From the NCBI RefSeq assembly GCF_050943825.1, contig NZ_JBMNPX010000010.1, positions 7,771 to 71,770 of the forward strand: 64,000 nucleotides of DNA, in the 5' to 3' direction. The notes beneath the pieces were generated by a model. The model had not been told where the DNA came from and ran no database searches. It was given only the letters and a program-made list of their open reading frames with translations. Both the position numbers and the translations under genes were made by a program. Shown here piece by piece: positions 1 to 8,364 of the stretch. The DNA is from Pseudoflavonifractor sp. Lineage in GTDB: Bacteria; Bacillota; Clostridia; Oscillospirales; Oscillospiraceae. Positions within the stretch are counted from its first letter, which is position 1, and every line of letters starts with the position of its first letter.

Positions 1-1
1 T

Positions 2-127
2 ACCGCTGAGACCACTCACAAATTTTTGCGCGAGAGTCACTGGCCTGCCCGTGTTGAATATGTGTTGAACGAGTATAAAATAGTTGGAAATAAAAGAACG
101 ACTGAACACCAAATCTTGCGGAAGTAA
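2..127 (+). CDS. Possible 3' end of an unidentified ORF entering from outside the window
   Basis: Open frame from position 2 (TAETTHKFLRESHWPARVEYVLNEYKIVGNKRTTEHQILRK) to TAA at 125-127. The start is not visible and the family is not recognised. Confidence 0.3.
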   Translation, partial: TAETTHKFLRESHWPARVEYVLNEYKIVGNKRTTEHQILRK

Positions 128-177
128 AAGGAATTCCATACATAACTTCTGATGTTTCTGTAATTTTTGATTTCTTA

Positions 178-268
178 CTTGAATGGCATTCAAGAGGTCA
201 GCGGTTCGATCCCGCTTATCTCCACCAAAAAGGCTTGAAATCGTAAGATTTCAGGCCTTTTTTCTTTT
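178..268 (+). repeat. att-like direct repeat: 3' 50 nt of tRNA-Ala(GGC) plus downstream terminator hairpin
   Basis: 178-227 is identical to 19337-19386 (CTTGAATGGCATTCAAG...TCTCCACCA). Similarity continues through aggc(t/c)tgaaatcgtaagatttcagg(c/t)cttt. The acceptor 5' strand, D-arm and promoter are missing. Confidence 0.9.
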
Positions 269-438
269 CTTCTGAACAAGCAGGGCAGGAGGCATGCCTG
301 TTCCTCGTCGGAATAGCTGATATAGCGGTCAGCAAAAGTGTCCATGGGGAGGTATCAATAGTTTAGAATAAAAGCTGGTTGAGATTGTTTCCACGCCTGA
401 ATTTGACGCGTTGGAACAAGAGATAACATAAGAATGGT

Positions 439-476
439 ACAGGGCGGTGCAGTTTATTTCTGCACCGCCCTGTTTT
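439..476 (+). terminator. Intrinsic terminator-like hairpin
   Basis: 14-bp perfect stem acagggcggtgcag / ctgcaccgccctgt, 7-nt loop, followed by a T run. Confidence 0.7.
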
Positions 477-655
477 CAGGTCTCCTACAAAAGTATTAAA
501 GCCGGTCGAAAATTTAACTTCTATGTCGAATAGGCACATAACATACGACATGGTACTATAATGTTGCACAATAAAAAACGCATCACGAGCTGAAAAATAG
601 GCATACTGATGGTTTTGTGAGGCCCAATAACCCATAAAAAAGTGGAGGGATTCAA

Positions 656-1915
656 ATGTCGATGATCGAGCGAGCGGAAAAGTTAAAGGATTTTATCAAC
701 TGTGCTTATGGTGAAGAGTTTAGAGAGTATTACTACGGCAAGTTCTTCACCGGAAGTATGAGCTTTACGGAAGATGACGAATCCTGCACGATTTACCTTG
801 AGCGGGGCGTGGTGACGAAGGTGGAAACGGGCCTCCCTGAGGGCGGAATTGACATTGGTCTGGCCGGAACCAAAAAGGGCTGGGATATGTGGGCGCCCTG
901 CCGCCGCAGCCTGTCCATTGTGTGCTACCAGATCCGTCAGGGCGGAAACCCGGAGGACTTTAAGACCATCGGCGAGCCCATCCGTTACCGCCAGAACAAC
1001 AACGCCCTGGCCCAGGCCGGACGGCTCTACTCCTATATCCGCGACGGCGTGACCCCTGGGAGCGATATGCCCAAGCGGGATGAGAGCAAGCCGGTGCCGC
1101 CTGACGGAGACGTGGCGATCCGCGGCTTCTATAAGCGCATCAACGGAGTCAAGATCTACTTTGAGACCAACGACGCCCCAGATGACAAGGCCACGCTGCT
1201 GTGCCTCCATACCGCAGGCCGTGAGAACCGCCAGTATCACGACATGATGGAGATTTTCAAGGACAAGTACCGGATGTATTCCGTGGACATGCCCGGTCAC
1301 GGAAAGAGCTGGCCTCTGCCCGGCAACAACGTAATCAATAACTACAAGGAATACGGCAAGTGGATTTGGGACTGTGTGGAGGCCCTGGGCCTGGAGAACC
1401 CCATCGTCATTGGCTGCTCCATGGCCGGCGGCATTACCTATCATATTGCCCAGGAGCACCCGGTGCGGGGCATCGTGTGCATGCAGGGCAATGACAACAC
1501 CGAGGACGGGATGGGCAATGTCCGCGAGATGCTCTTCCATCCCTATGTCTGCCCCCAGCATTCCCATCTGGAATTTACCGAGTCCCTGGTGGGGACCAGA
1601 ACCAGCCAGGATCGGGTGGACTTCATCAACTGGGGCGCTCTCTGCGAAATCGGCAAAATCAAGCAGGGCGACCTGACCGAGACCGGTACCTTCAACGTGA
1701 GCGACAAGATGGACCGCATCACCTGCCCGGTTATGATTATTGAGGGCATCGACGACCAGGCCTACACCGCCGAAATGGCTCAGGCCAGTCTGGACCGGCT
1801 TGTTAACTGCAAGAACAAGCGGATGAAGCTCTATGAGGGCTACGGCCACTTCATTGCCGTGGAAAATCCCGAGGCTGTCTGCGAGGCGCTTGACGAATTC
1901 ATCCAGTCTATCTGA
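656..1915 (+). CDS. Alpha/beta-fold hydrolase with an extra ~130-aa N-terminal domain (possibly SCP2-like)
   Basis: RBS GGAGG. Motifs LCLHTAG, VDMPGHGKS, nucleophile elbow GCSMAG, acid EGIDD and C-terminal GYGHF. The N-terminal domain assignment is tentative. Confidence 0.85.
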   Translation: MSMIERAEKLKDFINCAYGEEFREYYYGKFFTGSMSFTEDDESCTIYLERGVVTKVETGLPEGGIDIGLAGTKKGWDMWAPCRRSLSIVCYQIRQGGNPEDFKTIGEPIRYRQNNNALAQAGRLYSYIRDGVTPGSDMPKRDESKPVPPDGDVAIRGFYKRINGVKIYFETNDAPDDKATLLCLHTAGRENRQYHDMMEIFKDKYRMYSVDMPGHGKSWPLPGNNVINNYKEYGKWIWDCVEALGLENPIVIGCSMAGGITYHIAQEHPVRGIVCMQGNDNTEDGMGNVREMLFHPYVCPQHSHLEFTESLVGTRTSQDRVDFINWGALCEIGKIKQGDLTETGTFNVSDKMDRITCPVMIIEGIDDQAYTAEMAQASLDRLVNCKNKRMKLYEGYGHFIAVENPEAVCEALDEFIQSI

Positions 1916-1928
1916 TAGGAGTCGAATT

Positions 1929-3359
1929 ATGAGTATTGGAATTACAGGAACAGGCGTATATGTTCCGTACTACTATATAAAAAGAGAGACCATTGGCCGC
2001 CAGTGGGATGCCAAGGGCGCCAAGGGAGAGCGGAGCCTGTGCAACGCCGATGAGGACAGCGTGACCATGGCGGCGGAGGCCGCCATCAACTGCCTGGCAG
2101 GTCAGGACCGGGAGGCAGTTGACGGACTGTACTTTGCTTCTACCACCGCCCCCTATGCCGAAAAGTCCCACGCTTCCATTCTGGCCAAGGTCTGCGACCT
2201 GGCGGATTCCTGCCAGATTGCCGATTTCCTGGCCTCCACAAGAGCAGGCGTAAGCGCGGTAAAGGCGGCTTACAGCGCCGTGAAGGCCGGCATGTGCAAA
2301 AATGTGCTGGTGACCAGCGCAGATCAGCGAAACGGCTATCCCAAGTCCCAGCTGGAGCAGATGTTCGGCGATGCCGGTGCCGCCCTGATGGTGGGCACCC
2401 AGGATGTGGTGGCGTCCATCGAGGCGTTTGAGACGGTGAACGTGGAAATTCACGACGCCTGGAGAAACATCAAGGACGACTATGTGCGCACCGGTGAGAG
2501 CCGCTTTGTCAAGAGCAAGGGGTACACCTACGCCCTTGTGCGGGCCCTGAAGCAGCTGATGGCGTCTCAGTCCCTTACGCCGGATGATGTGACCAAGCTG
2601 ATTTTGCCCTCCACTTCCGCCAAGGACCACCTGGGTGTGGCCAAGGCCCTGGGTATCAGCCCGGAGAAGGTACAGGACCCCCTGCTGACGAACATCGGCG
2701 ATTGCGGAACCGCCCAGCCCCTGCTGCTTTTGGCGGCGGCGCTGGACGAGGCCAAGCCCGGCGACCTGATTCTCTGGTCCGCTTACGGCAGCGGAGCCGA
2801 GGCAGTTTTGCTGAAGGTGACGGAGCATGTGGAACATCTGCGGAACAAGGGCTTGATTCACAAGTATCTGTCCACCCGCCACGAGCTGACCGGTTATCCT
2901 CGTTTCCTGTCCTTCCGTGGACTTATCGAGGCTGAGCCCGGTGAGCCCTATAAGATCAACCCTTCCGGTTCCCTCTACTGGCGTGAGCAGAACTGCATTC
3001 TTTCTCTCCACGGCAGCAAGTGCAAAAAGTGCGGTCAGATTATGTTCCCCATCAACAGGGTCTGTTACAGCTGCCACTCCAAGGACGAGTATGAAGAGGT
3101 CCGGCTCTATGAGCGGGAGTTCAAGCTGTTTACCTATTCCATTGACCGGCTGGCGGGACGCAGCGACGATCCCATGATTGGCCAGGCAGTAGCCGAGGAC
3201 AGCCAGGGGACCAGAATCTACATGCTGATCACCGACTTCCAGGAGAGCGACATCAAAGTCGGCATGAACCTGGAGTTCAGCTTCCGTAAGATGCACAATC
3301 TTGGCGATTTCGTAAACTATTACTGGAAGCTCAGACCCGTGCGCAGAGGGGAGGAATAA
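1929..3359 (+). CDS. HMG-CoA-synthase-like (non-catalytic, PhlA-like) domain fused to a DUF35 Zn-ribbon/OB-fold domain (PhlB/BbsA-like)
   Basis: HMGS-fold motifs DEDSVTMA, GDAGAAL and NIGDCG. C-terminal CKKC...CYSC Zn ribbon followed by an OB fold (VGMNLEFSFRK). ATG at 1929. Confidence 0.88.
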   Translation: MSIGITGTGVYVPYYYIKRETIGRQWDAKGAKGERSLCNADEDSVTMAAEAAINCLAGQDREAVDGLYFASTTAPYAEKSHASILAKVCDLADSCQIADFLASTRAGVSAVKAAYSAVKAGMCKNVLVTSADQRNGYPKSQLEQMFGDAGAALMVGTQDVVASIEAFETVNVEIHDAWRNIKDDYVRTGESRFVKSKGYTYALVRALKQLMASQSLTPDDVTKLILPSTSAKDHLGVAKALGISPEKVQDPLLTNIGDCGTAQPLLLLAAALDEAKPGDLILWSAYGSGAEAVLLKVTEHVEHLRNKGLIHKYLSTRHELTGYPRFLSFRGLIEAEPGEPYKINPSGSLYWREQNCILSLHGSKCKKCGQIMFPINRVCYSCHSKDEYEEVRLYEREFKLFTYSIDRLAGRSDDPMIGQAVAEDSQGTRIYMLITDFQESDIKVGMNLEFSFRKMHNLGDFVNYYWKLRPVRRGEE

Positions 3360-3361
3360 GG

Positions 3362-4546
3362 GTGTCTATCAAGGATAAGGTTGCAATTGTGGGAATGGGC
3401 TGTTCCAAATTCGGAGAACGATGGGACTGCGGCATTTCGGATCTGATTATTGAATCCGCTTACGAGGCGTTTGAGGATGCCCATGTAAAGCCAGAGGACA
3501 TTCAGGCTGTGTTTTTCAGCGAGGGCAACCAGCCAAACGGCGGAACGGGCGCAACTCCTGTGGCGGACACGCTCAAGCTCTCCGGCATCCCCATGATGCG
3601 CAACGAGAGCTTCTGTACCTCCGGACATGTGGCGCTGATCCAGGCGGCCATGGCCATTGCCAGCGGCGAGTACGACGTTGTCATGGCCATCGGCGTGGAG
3701 AAGCTGAAGGATACCGGTTATGGCGGCCTGGGCGTGGGCCGCGGCTGGAATCCCGTGTATGAGGCCAGAAGAACGGGCCCCGGCTCCTTTGCCATGATTG
3801 CCTCCAGATATTTTGCCAAGTACGGCCTCAGCCCCGAGGAGGGAAAGCGGCTTATCGCCAAAATCGCGGTGAAGAATCACCACAACGGTATGCTCTCACC
3901 CAAGGCACATTTCCACAAGGAACTGACTGTGGATGACGTCATGAAGGCGCCCATCATCGCCTACCCGCTGGGCCTCTTTGACTGCTGCGGCAACAGCGAC
4001 GGCTCCGCCTGCGCCATTCTCACCCGGGCGGACATGGCGGCCAAGTACACCGACAAGCCCATCTATATCAAGGGCTACGGCATGGCGGTAGACTCCACGC
4101 TGAGCCAGAGCCGCCCCAATTTTGAGTGGACAGGCTTTGACGCCCTGAAGGACTCCTCCCGTCAGGCCTACAAGATGGCCGGCATTACGAATCCCAGGGA
4201 GCAGATCGATCTGGCCGAGGTCCACGACTGCTTTACCTGCACCGAGATGATTATCTATGAGGACTTCGGCTTCAGCCAGCCAGGGCATGCGGCGGAGGAC
4301 ATTGAGTCTGGCTTTTTCGAGCGGGACGGCGGTCTGCCTGTAAATGTGGACGGCGGCCTGAAGTGCTTTGGCCACCCTGTGGGCGCCAGCGGAATCCGGA
4401 TGACGTATGAAATTTTCAAGCAGCTCCAGGGGCGCGTGGACAACCCCGCCCGTCAGATTAAGGACTGCAAGATTGGACTCTCCCACACCTTCGGCGGTTC
4501 TCCTCAGGTGAGCGCCGTGCTGATTGCGGGAAATGAACTGGGGTGA
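3362..4546 (+). CDS. SCP2-type (non-classical) thiolase
   Basis: VAIVGMG, catalytic ESFCTSG, GVEK, AVKNH, EVHDCFT, GHPVGASG. No C-terminal CxGGG. GTG start with RBS GGAGGA. Confidence 0.92.
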   Translation: MSIKDKVAIVGMGCSKFGERWDCGISDLIIESAYEAFEDAHVKPEDIQAVFFSEGNQPNGGTGATPVADTLKLSGIPMMRNESFCTSGHVALIQAAMAIASGEYDVVMAIGVEKLKDTGYGGLGVGRGWNPVYEARRTGPGSFAMIASRYFAKYGLSPEEGKRLIAKIAVKNHHNGMLSPKAHFHKELTVDDVMKAPIIAYPLGLFDCCGNSDGSACAILTRADMAAKYTDKPIYIKGYGMAVDSTLSQSRPNFEWTGFDALKDSSRQAYKMAGITNPREQIDLAEVHDCFTCTEMIIYEDFGFSQPGHAAEDIESGFFERDGGLPVNVDGGLKCFGHPVGASGIRMTYEIFKQLQGRVDNPARQIKDCKIGLSHTFGGSPQVSAVLIAGNELG

Positions 4547-4551
4547 GCGGT

Positions 4552-5739
4552 ATGAGTGAAAAAGCACTGGAAGGAATTAAGGTTCTGGATATGAGCCGGG
4601 TCCTGGCCGGCCCCCACTGCGCCGCCATACTGGCCGATCTGGGCGCGGAGGTGCTCAAAATTGAGGAACCCGGCATGGGCGATGAGGCCAGATTCCTCAG
4701 GCCCTTCTCCAACGGTGAGAGCGCCTATTACATGAACTTCAACCGGGGCAAAAAGGGAATTACCCTGAACCTGAAGAGCGGAAAGGATATTTTCCTCCAG
4801 CTGGTGAAGGACGCGGACATTCTGGTGGAGAACTTCCGGCCGGGCGTCATGGCCAGACTGGGCCTGGACTACGAGACCTTGTCCAAGCTCAATCCGGGGC
4901 TCATCTATGTGGCCATTTCCGGCTACGGCCAGAGCGGCAGCAACAGCCAGCTGCCCGGCTACGACCCCATCGCCCAGGCCATGAGCGGCATTTGCAGCGT
5001 GACCGGCTGGCCTGATGCCGAGCCCGCCAGGTGCGGCGCGCCCGTGGCCGACGTGCTGGCAGGCATCAACGGCGCGGTGGGCGCTCTGGCGGCGCTGAAC
5101 TACCGCAACCGCACCGGCAAGGGCCAGATGATTGATGTCTCACTGGTGGATGTCTCGGTCAGCGCGCTGGCCAGCCTGAACCAGGTCTACCTGTCCGAGG
5201 GCCGGGTGCCGTCCCGTCAGGGCAACGGCACGGAGGCCGCGGCGCCTGGCGGCAGCTGCCACGCCAAAGACGGCACGGTGATTTTTGCCGCCGGAAACGA
5301 CAGGCTGTGGCCCAAGCTGGCCGCGCTGATGGGCCGGCCAGAGCTGGCGGAGGACGAGCGGTTCAGCAAAAACGCCCAGCGGGTAAAGCACCGCCGGGAG
5401 CTGGAGGAGATCATTGACCAGTGGGCCGGCCAGCTTACGGCCGATGAGGTTGTGGCCCAGATGCGCAGTGTTAAAATTCCGGCCGGGCCTGTCTACACCA
5501 TTGACCAGGTCGTAAATGATGCGTGCATTGCCAAAGAGCGCAATATGTTTGTCACCATCCAGCATCCTGCGGCGGGTGAGGTGCGCATCACCAACAATCC
5601 CCTCAAGATGTCTCTGACGCCTCCCCAGGTGCAGGGCAGCTCGCCCACGCTGGGGCAGGACAACGAGAGCGTTTACGGCGGGATACTTCACATGGACAGC
5701 GCGCAGATCCGGGCGCTGAGAGAGGAAAAAATCATTTAA
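4552..5739 (+). CDS. Family III (CaiB/BaiF) CoA-transferase 1
   Basis: VLDMSRVLAGP, GAEVLKIE, ENFRPG, SGYGQSG and active-site Asp in VADVLAG. Alternative GTG start at 4543. Confidence 0.93.
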   Translation: MSEKALEGIKVLDMSRVLAGPHCAAILADLGAEVLKIEEPGMGDEARFLRPFSNGESAYYMNFNRGKKGITLNLKSGKDIFLQLVKDADILVENFRPGVMARLGLDYETLSKLNPGLIYVAISGYGQSGSNSQLPGYDPIAQAMSGICSVTGWPDAEPARCGAPVADVLAGINGAVGALAALNYRNRTGKGQMIDVSLVDVSVSALASLNQVYLSEGRVPSRQGNGTEAAAPGGSCHAKDGTVIFAAGNDRLWPKLAALMGRPELAEDERFSKNAQRVKHRRELEEIIDQWAGQLTADEVVAQMRSVKIPAGPVYTIDQVVNDACIAKERNMFVTIQHPAAGEVRITNNPLKMSLTPPQVQGSSPTLGQDNESVYGGILHMDSAQIRALREEKII

Positions 5740-5759
5740 GGCGAAGAGAGGCGAGGTAA

Positions 5760-7088
5760 ATGAAAAAAGCGAAAAAAGGCTTTCTCGGCTGGTACATGGT
5801 CATTCTGGCCAGCCTGATCACCACCTTCTCCGGCAACTTCGGCAGCAACGCCCAGGGCGTGGCCAACACACTGATGATGACGAGCCCGGAAAACACCGTA
5901 ACCCAGGTGGCGTATGGACTCTCATGGACCATTACCCAGATTGTGGCCGCGTTGGGCGGCCTGCTGATGGGCTCCTTCGTTGACAGATTCGGCGCAAAGA
6001 AAATGTTTATTGTGGGCAGCCTTCTGTCCATTCTCTCCGGCTTTGTGCTGGTGCAGTTCCAGGCGGGCAGCTCCCTGATGTTCCTGTTCAACTACGGCTT
6101 TGTGGTGGCGCTGAGCTACCAGTGCGTGTCCTTCGTGACCACCCAGTCGGTTGTCAGCAACTGGCTCCAGAAGCGCAGAGGCACCGGCGGCGCCATCGTC
6201 AACACCGGAACCGTTATCGCCGGTATTATTACCGCACCTATCGTGACCTGGCTCATCAACTCCGTCGGCAACGGCAACTGGAAGTATGGCTACTACTACT
6301 TCGGCGCTGCCAGCATTATCGGCCTGATTCTCTCCTTCTTCATCATTAACAAGCCTTCCGATGTGGGGCAGTATCCCGACGGCGTGGAGCCTGGCCGGGA
6401 TGCCGGAGACACGCCGAAGAAAGGACAGGCGGCAGCGGCCGTAAGCAGGGTGTTCAAAAATGTGCTGCCTGAAAATCACTACACCTTTAAGCAGGCGCTG
6501 CGCTCTCCTCTCCTGTGGGCCCTGATTGTCCTCCATGCGTGCTCCCTCTGCCTGTCCAACTATATCATGAACCCCGGCTCCCTGCTCTTTGTCCAGGCCG
6601 GCTTTGCCATGGAGACTGTGTCTACGGTGCTCTCCATCCGCCAGGTGATCCGCCTTCTGTTCCTGGCGTTCCTGATGCGTTACCTGGACAAGATTGAACC
6701 CGTTAAGCTCCTTACCTTTACCTGTGCCCTGGCCGGTGTGTGCTACCTGGTCTCCGCCAACCCCACCAGCTACTGGCAGATTCTGGTGTTTTACGCCGGC
6801 GGCAGCATTGTGATGTCCGCCCAGATGGCAATTCCCGGCGTCATGCTGGCGAATATCTTCGGCACGACCAACTTCGGCAAGATTTACGGCGCGTATTTGA
6901 TGGTGGCCACCCTGATTTCTTCCGTCTCTCCCACCATCAGCGGAACGATTGCCCAGAATACCGGATCTTATGTCATGGCAAACTACCTGTGGGCTTCCAT
7001 AGCTGTGGTTGCTCTGGTGGCCGGCCTTGTGAGCATCCGGCTCTTTAAGAAGGAGACCGGAAAGATTCTGGCTGTTACCGGGAAGTAA
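5760..7088 (+). CDS. MFS transporter
   Basis: About 12 hydrophobic segments, MFS motif A GSFVDRFGAK, NWLQKRRG and FGTTNFG. Confidence 0.9.
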   Translation: MKKAKKGFLGWYMVILASLITTFSGNFGSNAQGVANTLMMTSPENTVTQVAYGLSWTITQIVAALGGLLMGSFVDRFGAKKMFIVGSLLSILSGFVLVQFQAGSSLMFLFNYGFVVALSYQCVSFVTTQSVVSNWLQKRRGTGGAIVNTGTVIAGIITAPIVTWLINSVGNGNWKYGYYYFGAASIIGLILSFFIINKPSDVGQYPDGVEPGRDAGDTPKKGQAAAAVSRVFKNVLPENHYTFKQALRSPLLWALIVLHACSLCLSNYIMNPGSLLFVQAGFAMETVSTVLSIRQVIRLLFLAFLMRYLDKIEPVKLLTFTCALAGVCYLVSANPTSYWQILVFYAGGSIVMSAQMAIPGVMLANIFGTTNFGKIYGAYLMVATLISSVSPTISGTIAQNTGSYVMANYLWASIAVVALVAGLVSIRLFKKETGKILAVTGK

Positions 7089-7142
7089 AGAAAAACAGGC
7101 CATAGAAAGGGTCTGACTGGTTTGTATCAGGAGGAATGACAA

Positions 7143-8249
7143 ATGAGGATTATCGGCGTTGAAGCAATCCCTGTCAACATCCCCTTTGCCGGGACGATCA
7201 ACTGGAAATCCGGCCATATGGCCGGCGCGGACAACGTAGTTGTGAAAATCACCGCAGAGGACGGTACTTACGGCGTTGGAGAGGCCACTCCCCGCATCGG
7301 AATCTACGGAGAAACGCAGCAGTCCATCTACTACGTCATCAAAGATGTCCTCGCGCCCATGCTGATCGGGGAGGACTCCTTCAATCTGCAGAAGCTCTGG
7401 GACAAAATGAGCTTTGCCGTCTGGAATCCCACGGCAAAGGGCGCCATCGACATTGCGCTCTACGACCTGAACGGGCGTCTGTGCGGTCTGCCCATCTGCA
7501 AGATGCTGGGTGGTCCGTACAGAACGGAAGTCCCCCTGTCCTGGACCATGGCCGGCACCTACGGCAGTTATCAGGACCAGGTGGATGAGGTGGTGCGCAA
7601 GACCGCGGAGGGATACAGGAGCTTCAAAATCAAGACGGGCAACGGCGACGTGGACGAGGACATCCGCCTGCTCAAGGAGATGAAGGCCAACTGCCCCGAG
7701 GGCACCACTCTCTATATTGACGTCAATATGGCCTATACCCGTGAGGAGGCCTTCAAGGTACTGCGGGCGCTGGAGGGGGTTATTTCCTGCGCGGAGGAGC
7801 CGCTGCCCAGCACGGACAACGAGGGCCGCGCGGCCCTGGCCAAAGCCACGTCCGTCCCCATTCTCAGCGATGAGAGCACCATCACCGTCAATGACGTCTA
7901 CCGGCAGATCCAGCTGGGCGCCATCAGCCGTGTGGGCATCAAGCTGCCCCGGACCGGTTTCTTCCTCTCCACCAAGATTGTGCACCTGGCGGAAAGCGCA
8001 AACCTGCCCTGCCAGATCAGCACCCAGCTGGAGAGCGATCTGGGTACCGCCAACTGCGTGCAGCTTGCAGCCGCCTTCAAACAGATATCCCTGCCCTGTG
8101 AGATCGCATTCTATGACGAGAACTTCAGTGCGTCTCTCATCAAGAAGCCTCTGGTTATTCAAAACGGCTGCCTGCCGCTCCCCGATGGGCCGGGCAGCGG
8201 CGTAGAGATTGACTGGGACAGCGTGGACAAATATCGGGTAAAAATCTGA
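7143..8249 (+). CDS. Enolase-superfamily enzyme, muconate-lactonising (MLE) subgroup
   Basis: GVGEA, AIDIALYD, KxK (FKIKTG), metal ligands DVN / EEP / DES, second Lys GIKL and PDGPGSG. Confidence 0.9.
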   Translation: MRIIGVEAIPVNIPFAGTINWKSGHMAGADNVVVKITAEDGTYGVGEATPRIGIYGETQQSIYYVIKDVLAPMLIGEDSFNLQKLWDKMSFAVWNPTAKGAIDIALYDLNGRLCGLPICKMLGGPYRTEVPLSWTMAGTYGSYQDQVDEVVRKTAEGYRSFKIKTGNGDVDEDIRLLKEMKANCPEGTTLYIDVNMAYTREEAFKVLRALEGVISCAEEPLPSTDNEGRAALAKATSVPILSDESTITVNDVYRQIQLGAISRVGIKLPRTGFFLSTKIVHLAESANLPCQISTQLESDLGTANCVQLAAAFKQISLPCEIAFYDENFSASLIKKPLVIQNGCLPLPDGPGSGVEIDWDSVDKYRVKI

Positions 8250-8267
8250 GCGCCGCCTCTGCCCAGT

Positions 8268-8310
8268 CCCCCGGGCTGTCTGACAGCCCGGGGGCGGCGG
8301 CTTGTTTTTG
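8268..8310 (+). terminator. Intrinsic terminator ending the hydrolase-to-enolase operon
   Basis: Perfect 13-bp arms cccccgggctgtc / gacagcccggggg (8268-8294), followed by cttgtttttg. Confidence 0.75.
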
Positions 8311-8364
8311 CACGGGGGTTGTGCTATCTTCTTTTTACTTATTTGTTTGAAAGGAGTGCACTCT

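Noticed and set aside
523-562. ATGTCG-N17-CGACAT inverted repeat next to TATAAT (557-562) as a PucR operator
   Set aside because: Only 6-bp arms and no second copy found. The -10 lacks a clear -35, which fits an activator-dependent promoter, but the site cannot be supported.
363-635. 90-aa minus-strand ORF
   Set aside because: Runs through a terminator and the AT-rich promoter region of the catabolic operon, with no RBS or recognisable motif.
1929-4546. Mevalonate-pathway HMG-CoA synthase/thiolase, or a DAPG (phl) biosynthetic cluster
   Set aside because: The HMGS catalytic residues appear lost, and there is no HMG-CoA reductase, mevalonate kinase or PhlD-type type III PKS in the window.
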